This document shows, piece by piece, positions 1-7,724 of a stretch of DNA of 32,000 nucleotides. Position 1 is the stretch's first letter, and each line of letters opens with the position of its first letter. The notes under the pieces are model-generated. The model ran no database searches and was not told the origin of the DNA. It saw nothing but the letters and a program-made list of their open reading frames with translations. The stretch is from Kineococcus radiotolerans SRS30216 = ATCC BAA-149 (GTDB taxonomy: Bacteria; Actinomycetota; Actinomycetes; Actinomycetales; Kineococcaceae): NCBI RefSeq assembly GCF_000017305.1, contig NC_009664.2:4620001-4652000 (forward strand), given 5' to 3'. Made by a program: the position numbers and the translations under genes.

Positions 1-401
1 TCCTGCGCCCCGTGCGCGGCGGGGAGGCGGTGTACTTCCGTCCGCCGGCGTGGACGAGGGAGGGACGAGAGGGAGCGATCGAGGTCCCTTCCGGCCTGGA
101 CCTCGTCATCGTCGAGGGCGTCGGAGCCGCTCAACGGGAGCTGGCCGATGTCATCGATGCCACGGTGTGGGTGCAGTCCGACTTCGCTCAGGCCGAGGAG
201 CGGGGCATTGCCCGTGACAGCGCGCTGGGCGTCAACGGGGATCCGGTGGAGACCGTTGCATTCTGGCATGAGTGGATGGCCGAGGAGTTGCGCTTCCTGC
301 AGCAGCAGCGGCCGTGGGAACGGGCCTGTCTGATCGTCGCCGGAACCCCGCTCATCCCGTTGGACGATAACCAGGTCGCTGTCGCATCCGGCCCCCTGTG
401 A
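1..401 (+). CDS. P-loop uridine-kinase-like protein, C-terminal part (5' end outside window)
   Basis: The ORF is open to the window edge. The VIVEGVGA strand and following helices resemble uridine-kinase-family NTPases by recall. GC3-rich frame, TGA at 399-401. Confidence 0.5.
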   Translation, partial: LRPVRGGEAVYFRPPAWTREGREGAIEVPSGLDLVIVEGVGAAQRELADVIDATVWVQSDFAQAEERGIARDSALGVNGDPVETVAFWHEWMAEELRFLQQQRPWERACLIVAGTPLIPLDDNQVAVASGPL

Positions 402-406
402 ACCAC

Positions 407-472
407 GCGGCCATCGACAGGTCAGGACGTTCAGGGCCGGCCATGATCGCGCGCTGAGTGCGGGATGACCGG
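407..472 (+). repeat. Cassette-boundary repeat 1 (subtype A)
   Basis: Sequence gtcaggacgttcagggccggccatgatcgcgcgctgagtgcGGGATGACCgg, core at 462-470. Confidence 0.8.
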
Positions 473-587
473 ATGTTGGTGGGGGCGCGATCGCACCGCC
501 CCTGCCACCCTGCAGGCGGGGACCGATGAGGTTAAACGACATGGGCAGTCTGCCCGTCACCACCACATCAACCCCCAGGAGTTCGAC

Positions 588-875
588 ATGATCATCGTCG
601 CTGGTCACCTCGGCGTCGCCCACGAGGAGCGCGAGGCGTACTTGGCTGGCTGCTGTGACGTGGTGCAGCGGGCTCGGGGTGCTGAGGGCTGCCTGGATTT
701 CACCATCGCAGCGGACCTCGTGGACGCCGGTCGGATCAACGTCTTCGAGCGTTGGGCGTCGCAGGCAGCCGTGGAGGCCTTCCGTGGCAGCGGTCCGAGC
801 GAGGAGCAGGGCGCGGCGATCCGGTCGGCCTCGGTGGCCGAGTACGACGTGTCCAGGGCACGCTTCTTGACGTGA
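588..875 (+). CDS. ABM-domain (antibiotic biosynthesis monooxygenase-like) protein
   Basis: ATG at 588 follows AGGAG at 577-581. About 95 aa. The segment INVFERWASQAAVEAFRGS is typical of small ABM/ferredoxin-fold proteins. Confidence 0.7.
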   Translation: MIIVAGHLGVAHEEREAYLAGCCDVVQRARGAEGCLDFTIAADLVDAGRINVFERWASQAAVEAFRGSGPSEEQGAAIRSASVAEYDVSRARFLT

Positions 876-892
876 CGGCGTGCGCGTGGCCC

Positions 893-960
893 ACGCGGGC
901 ATCGGCGAGACCGTGACGTCCCGGGCGGCGGCGAAAGCGCGCACAACGCGGGATGACCGG
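893..960 (+). repeat. Cassette-boundary repeat 2 (subtype B)
   Basis: Left box gagaccgtgacgtc at 907-920. Right part gcgcgcacaacgcGGGATGACCgg, core at 950-958. Confidence 0.8.
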
Positions 961-1029
961 ACATTCCCCGTGCTGGTCCAGGCGCCGTTTCCCCAGCCGG
1001 AGGACGGCTGCCACGGTGGAGGGGTAAGC

Positions 1030-1701
1030 ATGCACAGCGAGGACTCCTTCCGATCCCGGCCTTTGAACGGCCTCCCGCTGCCGGCCTCGACCGCGGCCGC
1101 CGTGGAGTCGTTGCTGCCTCCGCGCGGGCGTCCTACCCGAGGTCCGGGCGAGCGGGGCCGGCTGGGGCACTTCGAGCCGATCCCGGAAGAAGCCGCAGCT
1201 GAGTGGCTGGGCTTCGCCCCGCCCACCTTGCCCAGCCTGAGCGGGTCCGGGTTCCGTCGGCACTTCGCACGCCAAGGTGGGCGCGACCTCGTCGCGCGGG
1301 CGGACCTGACTCGTGGGGAGAGTGCCGCGGTCTACGTCTTCTACTTGCCGGCGGGCTCGGCGTGGCGGGAGGAGACGAGGTTCGTCGAAGCACGCCGGGA
1401 GGGTCTGACGTTCTTGTGGCTGCGGGCGGGGTACGGGGTGCCCTGGCCTGAGGAGGAAGGAGGACCGGTGGGAGTGGAGGAGACCGCGACCATTGGTCGT
1501 GACCCTGCCAGTGGTGACTTCCTCACGCTGACGGTGGGCAGCACCCGGGTCGGGGTCCAGTACCAGCGAGGGGTGACTCGCCTGGCGTGGTCGTACCGTT
1601 CCCAGGACGCCGACTTCAACGTCACGGTGATGAGTGGGCGCTCACCGCGGGCGTCGGTGGAGATGCTGGTGAGCGACCGCGGCGCGCTCTACCTGGGCTG
1701 A
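1030..1701 (+). CDS. Hypothetical protein (duplicated cassette, copy A)
   Basis: ATG at 1030 follows GGAGG at about 1017-1021. GC3-rich. A near-identical paralog lies at 12298-12969. No family recognised. Confidence 0.6.
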   Translation: MHSEDSFRSRPLNGLPLPASTAAAVESLLPPRGRPTRGPGERGRLGHFEPIPEEAAAEWLGFAPPTLPSLSGSGFRRHFARQGGRDLVARADLTRGESAAVYVFYLPAGSAWREETRFVEARREGLTFLWLRAGYGVPWPEEEGGPVGVEETATIGRDPASGDFLTLTVGSTRVGVQYQRGVTRLAWSYRSQDADFNVTVMSGRSPRASVEMLVSDRGALYLG

Positions 1702-1725
1702 GACATGCTCCCTGCGTGAGGAGCT

Positions 1726-1774
1726 GTCGCATCACCGGTCACCGGAACCCGCCCAAATTGCGGGATGACCGTGA
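1726..1774 (+). repeat. Cassette-boundary repeat 3 (subtype C-like)
   Basis: Sequence gtcgcatcaccggtcaccggaacccgcccaaattgcGGGATGACCgtga, core at 1762-1770. Identical apart from 1 nt to repeat 15. Confidence 0.8.
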
Positions 1775-1819
1775 ACTAGCTCGACGAGGTCCAACTCCTC
1801 CTGCACGCGGCATGATGCG

Positions 1820-2272
1820 GTGATGGCGACGACGTCGACCGAGCGAGCACGGCGTGGTTCCCGCTACCGCGGGGAGCGGCTGCTGTGTGCGCTGGCGGTG
1901 CTGAGTCTGTCGGTGGCGGCCTGGCAGGTGTGGGTGAGCTGGTGGGCCGAGGATGCCCAGGCGCCGGCCGCGGCGGGGTGGTTGTACCTCGGTGCGGGCC
2001 TGACGTTGGCGGCGGCTGTGGTGCTCGGCAGTGTCCGTCTGGGGGTCCCGCTGCCGGTGGTGGTGGCGACGGTGGTGGTGTGCGCCACCGCGGCGTGGAC
2101 GCTGAAGGACACCGGAGGCCCGTTGTGGATGGTGGGGGTGCTCACCGTGGGCGTCGTCGCGGTGATGATCACTGGGCTGATCGGGACGCTGGTGGTGCTG
2201 TTGCGGGCCCGGGCTAACCTGCGGCGCGAGGTCCATGCACCCCCTTCCAAAGCACCGCGTGAGCGGGGCTGA
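1820..2272 (+). CDS. Integral membrane protein (about 4 hydrophobic segments)
   Basis: GTG at 1820 or ATG at 1823. Hydrophobic stretches include LCALAVLSLSVAAW and VVVATVVVCATAAW. GC3-rich. Confidence 0.6.
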   Translation: MMATTSTERARRGSRYRGERLLCALAVLSLSVAAWQVWVSWWAEDAQAPAAAGWLYLGAGLTLAAAVVLGSVRLGVPLPVVVATVVVCATAAWTLKDTGGPLWMVGVLTVGVVAVMITGLIGTLVVLLRARANLRREVHAPPSKAPRERG

Positions 2273-2314
2273 AGGCGCTACCGGGAGGCCCTTTGCAGAA
2301 AGCGCCGTCGCGGA

Positions 2315-2378
2315 CTTCGGCAGGACCACGACGTGGTCAGGCCAGTTGAGGCCGCCCGTATCGCGGGATGACCGTGCG
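2315..2378 (+). repeat. Cassette-boundary repeat 4 (subtype C)
   Basis: Sequence cttcggcaggaccacgacgtgg...gaggccgcccgtatcgcGGGATGACCgtgcg, core at 2365-2373. Confidence 0.8.
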
Positions 2379-2426
2379 TTCCCCGCGTCGGGAACGGATG
2401 CTCCGGCTGCTGGGGCTGCCGCTGCC

Positions 2427-3038
2427 TCAGCGCCGCTGCGCTGCCTCCTCCTCCTGCGGAGTCAGCAGCCACCGCGCGAAGCAGCCGCCATCCACTTCGG
2501 TGTACCAGCGAGCGGTGACCTGGAAGGTGGTGGCCGGCGCCACGGGTAGCCGTAGCCCGGCCGGAGCGTGGGCTGCTTCGGCACCGGTGACCGGGTGCGG
2601 CTTCAGCGTGGGGAACGGGCCTGGCGCCGAGTCGATGATCGGGCCGCTGTGCTCCCCGGTCCCGTCCAGCGCGGCGTTGTAGAGCACCAGCTCTCCGGTG
2701 CAGACGGTGAAAGTGCCCCCGGACTCGTCGTCGTCATCGAGGGGATGCTCCAGAGCGGCCTGCAGCACCGCCCCGTAGTCCTCGCCGGAGGCCTGCACGA
2801 TGCGGATGTGCTGCTGGTCGCAGAAGACCTCCAGCCAGCTCTCGTCGTTGACGGCGCCGTCGGGGGCGATGAGCCCGGCGCTGCCTTCTCCCACGGGGGT
2901 GCTCGTCACGCTCTGGCCCAGGTCGCAGAGGGGCTCGTAGTGGTCGTGGCTGAACCCGGCCCAGGAGGCCAGGTGGGGGGCGTCGAGGGCGAGGTAGATC
3001 TCGCCGTCGCTCCAGAGGCGACCCACGTGCGTCCACAT
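2427..3038 (-). CDS. Immunity-protein-like hypothetical (Imm21-like by recall)
   Basis: ATG at 3038 gives 203 aa, MWTHVGRLWSDGEIYLALDAPHLASWAGF... This is only the 3' third of the 546-aa track ORF; the rest is Arg/Pro-rich shadow sequence. The family call is from memory only. Confidence 0.55.
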   Translation of the reverse strand: MWTHVGRLWSDGEIYLALDAPHLASWAGFSHDHYEPLCDLGQSVTSTPVGEGSAGLIAPDGAVNDESWLEVFCDQQHIRIVQASGEDYGAVLQAALEHPLDDDDESGGTFTVCTGELVLYNAALDGTGEHSGPIIDSAPGPFPTLKPHPVTGAEAAHAPAGLRLPVAPATTFQVTARWYTEVDGGCFARWLLTPQEEEAAQRR

Positions 3039-3204
3039 CGGCTTCGCTCCCTTCGTCGAGGTGCTAGTCGCACCGGCTGCTGCGAACCCAGCCGCCACCC
3101 CAGCACGGCAGCCGGTGTTTGCATGATCTCGCACCTCGATCGACGTGAGGGCGCATGCGCGACCGGTCGTGAGACAGCGAGAGGGCGGCCACTCGTGATC
3201 ACAC

Positions 3205-3257
3205 CTGGATCGCGGGATGACCGTGCGCCCGCGGACCGCGGGATGAACGTGAGGTCG
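3205..3257 (+). repeat. Cassette-boundary repeat 5 (doublet core)
   Basis: Sequence ggatcgcGGGATGACCgtgcgcccgcggaccgcGGGATGAACgtgaggtcg, cores at 3214-3222 and 3240-3248, 26 bp apart. Confidence 0.8.
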
Positions 3258-3296
3258 TAGATGCCGGAATGAGGAGTTGATCGCTAGCGTGCGGGC

Positions 3297-3923
3297 ATGG
3301 ACCGTCGCCGCCGGTTGCTGACTGCCGCTCTGGCCGGTGTGGGCTACGGGGTCACCACCTCGGCGTTGAACGCGTTGTCCTCCCCGGACGGTGAGCTGGC
3401 CGGCACATGGTTGCAGTCCGGGCTGCGGGTGCTCAGCACGATGACGGGAGCTGGGTGGGCGTGGGCGGCGTTGGCCGTTGCCGCCGGCCGGTTCGTGAGG
3501 AGTCGGCGCTGGGGCGCTGCTGCGGGCGCGCTGGCCTTGGTGGCAGCCACGACGGTCTACTACGCGCTGGACAGCGTGCTGCGGGAGGAGCCCGTCGTGG
3601 ACTCCGACATCTGGTTCTGGAGCGCGGGTGCTGCGCTGCTGGGTCCGCCGCTGGGGGTCATCGGTGCCTACCTCGGGCGCCCCGGTGTTCTGGGGTTGCT
3701 GGCCGCGTTGACGGTTCCGGTGGGAGCCGGGGTGCAGGTGCTGGTGCTGCCGCAGGGTGTGGGCGGGGTGCAGGACGCACCCGAGGCAGTCTGGGCGCGG
3801 TGGATCGTGGCGGGGGCGGCTGTGGTCGCCGTCATCGTGGTGGTGCGTCGATGGTGGGCCATCCGAGGCGGGCGGGGCGGGCGGGATGCGGAGCTTGACG
3901 GGGCGGTCTCCTCGCCGCGGTGA
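3297..3923 (+). CDS. Integral membrane protein
   Basis: ATG at 3297. Several hydrophobic helices. GC3-rich. No family recognised. Confidence 0.6.
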   Translation: MDRRRRLLTAALAGVGYGVTTSALNALSSPDGELAGTWLQSGLRVLSTMTGAGWAWAALAVAAGRFVRSRRWGAAAGALALVAATTVYYALDSVLREEPVVDSDIWFWSAGAALLGPPLGVIGAYLGRPGVLGLLAALTVPVGAGVQVLVLPQGVGGVQDAPEAVWARWIVAGAAVVAVIVVVRRWWAIRGGRGGRDAELDGAVSSPR

Positions 3924-3952
3924 GCGCTCGTCGGTGTGCTCCTGCTCGGGCT

Positions 3953-4003
3953 GGCCCGTGGTCACAGCTGGCCGTGGCCGCGTCCGTATCGCGGGATGAC
4001 CGG
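3953..4003 (+). repeat. Cassette-boundary repeat 6 (subtype C)
   Basis: Sequence ...gccgcgtccgtatcgcGGGATGACCgg, core at 3993-4001. Confidence 0.8.
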
Positions 4004-4105
4004 GTGGTCGGCGCTGAGGCTCTGCTCCTTCCGTGGTGCTGAAGTTCGGCGAGCATGCGTTGGCCACGCCGGTTCAGAGGACGACCACCTGTCAGGGTGG
4101 TGGTC

Positions 4106-4363
4106 ATGGAGGCGGCGACGCTGTGTCGGGTGTGCGGGTGGAGCTTGGATGAGCCGGGGTGGGTCGACGGTCTCCCGCAGTACGTGATCTGCGACTGCTG
4201 CGGTGCGGAGTGTGGAGTGGATGAGCACTCCGCTGAAGCGGCACGGGGGTATCGGGCTGGGTGGGCGGCGCGGGGGTATCCGTGGTGGGACAGGGGGCAT
4301 CAGCCGGTGGGCTGGTCGTTCACCGAGCAGCAGCGTGAACTCATCCCCGCCGCCTATCGCTGA
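4106..4363 (+). CDS. Small Cys-rich (zinc-ribbon-like) protein
   Basis: ATG at 4106 (MEAATLCRVCGW...CDCCGAECG) gives CxxC plus a CxCCxxxC cluster. The start could instead be 4055. Confidence 0.5.
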   Translation: MEAATLCRVCGWSLDEPGWVDGLPQYVICDCCGAECGVDEHSAEAARGYRAGWAARGYPWWDRGHQPVGWSFTEQQRELIPAAYR

Positions 4364-4387
4364 GCCCTCTACATGAGGCGTGACGCC

Positions 4388-4441
4388 GGCCCCAGCGCGG
4401 GATGACCGTGCGCCTGCACCACGCGGGATGACCGTGACGTC
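4388..4441 (+). repeat. Cassette-boundary repeat 7 (doublet core)
   Basis: Sequence cagcgcGGGATGACCgtgcgcctgcaccacgcGGGATGACCgtgacgtc, cores at 4399-4407 and 4425-4433, 26 bp apart. Confidence 0.85.
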
Positions 4442-4519
4442 CTCCGCAGACTGAGTGCGGCTGTGATGCAACCGTGGGGCGCTGCCGCGGCGTACCAGGT
4501 GGTGAGGGGGTGATGGCCG

Positions 4520-5191
4520 GTGGGCGCGGACAGCGACACATCGTTCGACGACTTTGCCGTCGCGGCGATCCCGCGGCTGCGGCGGGTCGCCCACGCCTGG
4601 TGCCATGACTGGCACCACAGCGACGACGTCGTGCAGGACACCCTGGAACGCGTCTACGCTGCGTGGCCGCGGGTGCGCCGCAACGGGCAGGAGTACGCCT
4701 ACGCCCGCGCCACACTGGTGCACCGGCTGATCTCGGAGAACCGCCGCGCCTGGCGCCGCCACGAGACCACCGTGGACGAGCAAGGGCTCAGCGATGCTGC
4801 CGATGCTCATCCGGTCGCCGATAGCGCCGAGCAGAGCGCTGCGCGCCTGGACACCACCGACCTGCTGGCCCGCCTACCGCTGCGCCAACGCGCGGTCGCG
4901 GTGCTGCGCTTCGTGGAGGAGCTGCCGGTGACGCAGGTGGCCGAGCTGCTCGGGTGCTCAGAGGGCACCGTCAAGAGTCAGGCCCACCACGCCCGTACCG
5001 CTCTGCGCGCCCTGGGTCTTAGCGCGACGAGCGCGCCGGTTACACCGGCTGCGTCGTCCACGGTGTTGTCGCCCACGTCGGTCACGTCGCCCACGTCGGT
5101 CACGTCGCCCACGTCGCCCCCGTCGCCCACGTCGGCCGCCACCCCTGCTGACAGCTCACGGCCAGGCCCCGCCCGGAAAGGACGATCATGA
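4520..5191 (+). CDS. ECF / SigE-family RNA polymerase sigma-70 factor
   Basis: GTG at 4520 follows GAGGGGG. Region 2 (DDVVQDTLERVY) and region 4 (LPLRQRAVAVLRFVEELPVTQVAELLGCSEGTVKSQ) motifs are present. The tail is Ser/Pro/Thr-rich and repetitive. Confidence 0.8.
   Translation: MGADSDTSFDDFAVAAIPRLRRVAHAWCHDWHHSDDVVQDTLERVYAAWPRVRRNGQEYAYARATLVHRLISENRRAWRRHETTVDEQGLSDAADAHPVADSAEQSAARLDTTDLLARLPLRQRAVAVLRFVEELPVTQVAELLGCSEGTVKSQAHHARTALRALGLSATSAPVTPAASSTVLSPTSVTSPTSVTSPTSPPSPTSAATPADSSRPGPARKGRS
5068..5137 (+). repeat. In-frame 18-bp and 9-bp tandem repeat in the sigma-factor tail
   Basis: gtcgcccacgtcggtcac occurs twice, followed by 9-bp gtcgcccac-like units. It encodes SPTSVT SPTSVT SPTSPPSPTS. 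Confidence 0.7.
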
Positions 5192-5856
5192 TCGAGCAGT
5201 CTGAGGACCAGCCCGGCGACGTCGAGGTGGAGGCGCGGCTACGCCGGGACGTGCAGATGCGACCTGCTCCGCCGTTCGCCGCGGACCTGCAGGCCGTGAA
5301 GCGGCGGGGTCTGCGCCGGCGCCGGCGCCGGCAGCTCCTGCCCGCGGTCGTCGTGCTGGTGATCCTGGGCGCCGGGGCCACAGCAGTCAGCACGGGAATC
5401 CTGCCCGGCATGCAGCGGCAGGGAACGGTCACGGCCGTACCGGCCCAGGAGGCAGAAGGCGATGCTGCGGGCGCTGCAGGCATCCCGGCGTGGTGCCAGG
5501 GCGGGAGCATCAGCTACGACTACGACGGCACCGGTCCGGCTAGCCCAGAGCTGGCGGTGCAGTACCTCATCGACCTCACCACCGCTCAGGACGAGCACCT
5601 GGAGCAGCAGCCCGGGTCGGCGCAGGTCGACGACGCGCTGGCGAAAAACTCGGCCGTCGTGACGGCCTTGCAGGCGGTGAAGGAGCAGGCCACGCAAATG
5701 GGCGTGGACCGTGTCCGGCAGGACGGTTCCGTCGTTGCCCGTGATGGGAGCGGTGAGGTCATCGCGCGAGCTGAACTCGCGGAGGTCCAGCCAGGTCAGT
5801 GGAACGTCGTCACCCTCAGCTTCTCGCCCCCGGCTGTGCCTGAGTGCGGTCGGTGA
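5188..5856 (+). CDS. Membrane-anchored protein coupled to the sigma factor (possible anti-sigma or partner)
   Basis: ATGA start/stop overlap at 5188-5191. An Arg-rich segment is followed by one TM helix (LLPAVVVLVILGAGATAV) and an extracytoplasmic domain. Confidence 0.6.
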   Translation: MIEQSEDQPGDVEVEARLRRDVQMRPAPPFAADLQAVKRRGLRRRRRRQLLPAVVVLVILGAGATAVSTGILPGMQRQGTVTAVPAQEAEGDAAGAAGIPAWCQGGSISYDYDGTGPASPELAVQYLIDLTTAQDEHLEQQPGSAQVDDALAKNSAVVTALQAVKEQATQMGVDRVRQDGSVVARDGSGEVIARAELAEVQPGQWNVVTLSFSPPAVPECGR

Positions 5857-5893
5857 CGGTGGAGGTGATCGCGCTCGGTTGCCAGCAGGTCGT

Positions 5894-5939
5894 CTTGACG
5901 ATCGTGATTGCGCACTGAGTGCGGGATGACCGTGACGTC
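5894..5939 (+). repeat. Cassette-boundary repeat 8 (subtype A, short)
   Basis: Sequence cttgacgatcgtgattgcgcactgagtgcGGGATGACCgtgacgtc, core at 5923-5931. Confidence 0.8.
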
Positions 5940-5991
5940 GGATGCGTCGAACAGCCCTCCCCACCTGCCGGTGCGCGAGCATCATGCGGAG

Positions 5992-6441
5992 ATGGACAGC
6001 ACAGTCGCTGAAGCCCCGCCGAGACGACCCGTCCCCCTCGTCACAGTGCTGGGCGTCGTGCTGCTGCTCTTCGCCATCGGCATGGGCGCATGGGTGGTGT
6101 GGCAGCTCAGCGCCGGGGGGCGAGCCCCAGCGGCGTTCCGGGAACGCTCCGCCGTACCGCAGTGCGCCTCGATCACCGTCCCCCAGGGCGGGCCCGCCTC
6201 GTCGGCTCTGCAGGACTGCCTGCTCGGCGCGGCCGCGCAGCGCGAGGGCGCGGAGGTCCTGGTGACGTCGCTGACCACGGAAGGGGACCCGATCAAGACG
6301 TACTACCGCGTGGTGCCCGGTGGTGAGGTGGAGATCTTCACCGACGCCACTGCGGACTCCTTCGGTTCGGGGAAGTGGAGCCACGACTGGTGCCCGGACG
6401 TCGCGGCGCTGGAGAGCGGGAAGGGCTGCCGGCCTGCTTGA
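5992..6441 (+). CDS. Membrane-anchored hypothetical protein
   Basis: ATG at 5992 (MDSTVAEAPP...) precedes one TM helix (VTVLGVVLLLFAIGMGAWVVW). The upstream ATG at 5926 lies inside the repeat core, so the start is uncertain. Confidence 0.5.
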   Translation: MDSTVAEAPPRRPVPLVTVLGVVLLLFAIGMGAWVVWQLSAGGRAPAAFRERSAVPQCASITVPQGGPASSALQDCLLGAAAQREGAEVLVTSLTTEGDPIKTYYRVVPGGEVEIFTDATADSFGSGKWSHDWCPDVAALESGKGCRPA

Positions 6442-6468
6442 TCAGCGCCCACAACGTGGGATGACCGG
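6442..6468 (+). repeat. Cassette-boundary repeat 9 (subtype B, short)
   Basis: Sequence tcagcgcccacaacgtGGGATGACCgg, core at 6458-6466, 17 nt after the stop codon. Confidence 0.7.
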
Positions 6469-6532
6469 AAGGTTGTCGGCAACGGTGCGAAGACGCGCGG
6501 TTCAGGTCGTGCGGTTGTGCGAGGCTCCGACG

Positions 6533-7396
6533 ATGGCGAGCTTCCCCTGGTCACGTGAGTCGGTCGTTCGTGCTCTGGGGGAGCGGGTCCTCGTCGAGGG
6601 GGCGGTGACCCGTGGATTCACCGGCCTCGACGTCCGGCCGGCGCTGACAGGAGAGCCCCCACACTCTGACGCCGGCCATGACCACGTGGTCGTCGTCCTG
6701 CGGTGGCAGCAGGGCCCCAGTGTCTACGCCATCGCTATCCCCTTGCTCCCTGAGGGAGCCCACGGGCACGAGGAACTGCCGCCGGGTCTCAGCACGGGAC
6801 TGCCCATCACCTCGTTGCCGGAGTGGGTCGAGGAGGTAGCCCTGTGGCTGATGGAGGAGCTCGACACCGGACTGGTCCGGCGCGCCACCCGCACCCGGAT
6901 CGGTGACCTCACCTTCCTCACCACCAGTGGCGGGGCCGCCGACGTCCTGCCTCAGGGCTACTACGTCAGCACCCTTTACATCGGGCCCCATGGCGGTAAG
7001 GGCGAGCACCTCGCCGACGTCGGCCTCGACCTCAGCATCGCCCGGCGCATCCTGGACGGTGGCCGCCTGCTCACCTGGCTCCACGCCTACGTCAACAACA
7101 GCCGCGGCGAGCCCTTCGTCGGCCATGTCGTCGTAGCCCGTTCACCCGCTGACCCGGCCGGCAACGGAACGCAGTCAGCGCGGCTGGAGGTCCTGGAGGT
7201 CGTCCCCGGCACCCCGGACACGGTCGCTGCCGCGTTGGCCTACCACGCCGTCCGCGATGCCATCGAGAGCGGCGCGGAGACCGTCTCCAGCACTCTCGAC
7301 GATCCCGCCTTGAAGAAGGTCGGCTTCCGCCGTCACGGGAGCGGGTACCTGTCGTTGTCGTGGCGTGACGTCCAGATCCCTGACCTTCGCCGCTGA
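6533..7396 (+). CDS. Hypothetical protein, possibly with a GNAT-like C-terminal region
   Basis: ATG at 6533 (MASFPWSRESV...). GC3-rich, 287 aa. The C-terminal segment LEVLEVVPG...AYHAVRDAIESGAETV...KKVGFRRHG weakly recalls an acetyltransferase fold. Confidence 0.55.
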   Translation: MASFPWSRESVVRALGERVLVEGAVTRGFTGLDVRPALTGEPPHSDAGHDHVVVVLRWQQGPSVYAIAIPLLPEGAHGHEELPPGLSTGLPITSLPEWVEEVALWLMEELDTGLVRRATRTRIGDLTFLTTSGGAADVLPQGYYVSTLYIGPHGGKGEHLADVGLDLSIARRILDGGRLLTWLHAYVNNSRGEPFVGHVVVARSPADPAGNGTQSARLEVLEVVPGTPDTVAAALAYHAVRDAIESGAETVSSTLDDPALKKVGFRRHGSGYLSLSWRDVQIPDLRR

Positions 7397-7418
7397 CCTC
7401 CGCCGCAGCGGCGCTTGA

Positions 7419-7489
7419 GCTCGCTCATCGGCGTGTCAGGACGTCCGACGCCGGCCCCAATCGCGCGCTGAGCGCGGGATGACCGTGCG
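7419..7489 (+). repeat. Cassette-boundary repeat 10 (subtype A, full length)
   Basis: Sequence gctcgctcatcggcgtgtcaggacgtccgacgccggccccaatcgcgcgctgagcgcGGGATGACCgtgcg, core at 7476-7484. Confidence 0.85.
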
Positions 7490-7724
7490 TTGGCGCGATG
7501 ACGCCTTCCGCGGGTGGCGATGGCTCCTCCTGTTCCGCTGCTGCCGCCGCGAAGGAGGCTGCTGTGCCGCCAACCGGGCGATGTAGGGAAGCGTCTGCGC
7601 CTCGCGAGGGTACGGTCCTGATGCCCAGCAGCAGGTGAAACCCTTCACGGTGATGCGTCGATGCGGTCAGCACCGGCTGATGCCGCCTCGTGATCGTCAC
7701 GCAACGGAAGGTCATACCCCAGAC

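Noticed and set aside
3039-4067. The upstream 340 codons of the 546-aa - strand ORF 2427-4067
   Set aside because: Composition is Arg/Pro/His-rich and low-complexity. This part is antisense to the credible membrane-protein gene 3297-3923 and spans a boundary repeat. It is a typical high-GC shadow ORF, and only 2427-3038 is kept.
5239-6384. Long antisense ORFs: 5239-6384 (-), 8322-9305 (+), 10585-11346 (-), 13409-14185 (+), 18222-19070 (+), 28119-29369 (-), 30847-31986 (-), 24148-25050 (-), 24921-25739 (-), 3962-4810 (-)
   Set aside because: All lie opposite ORFs with recognisable domains or better GC3. They have Arg/Gly/Pro-rich compositions typical of non-coding frames in high-GC DNA.
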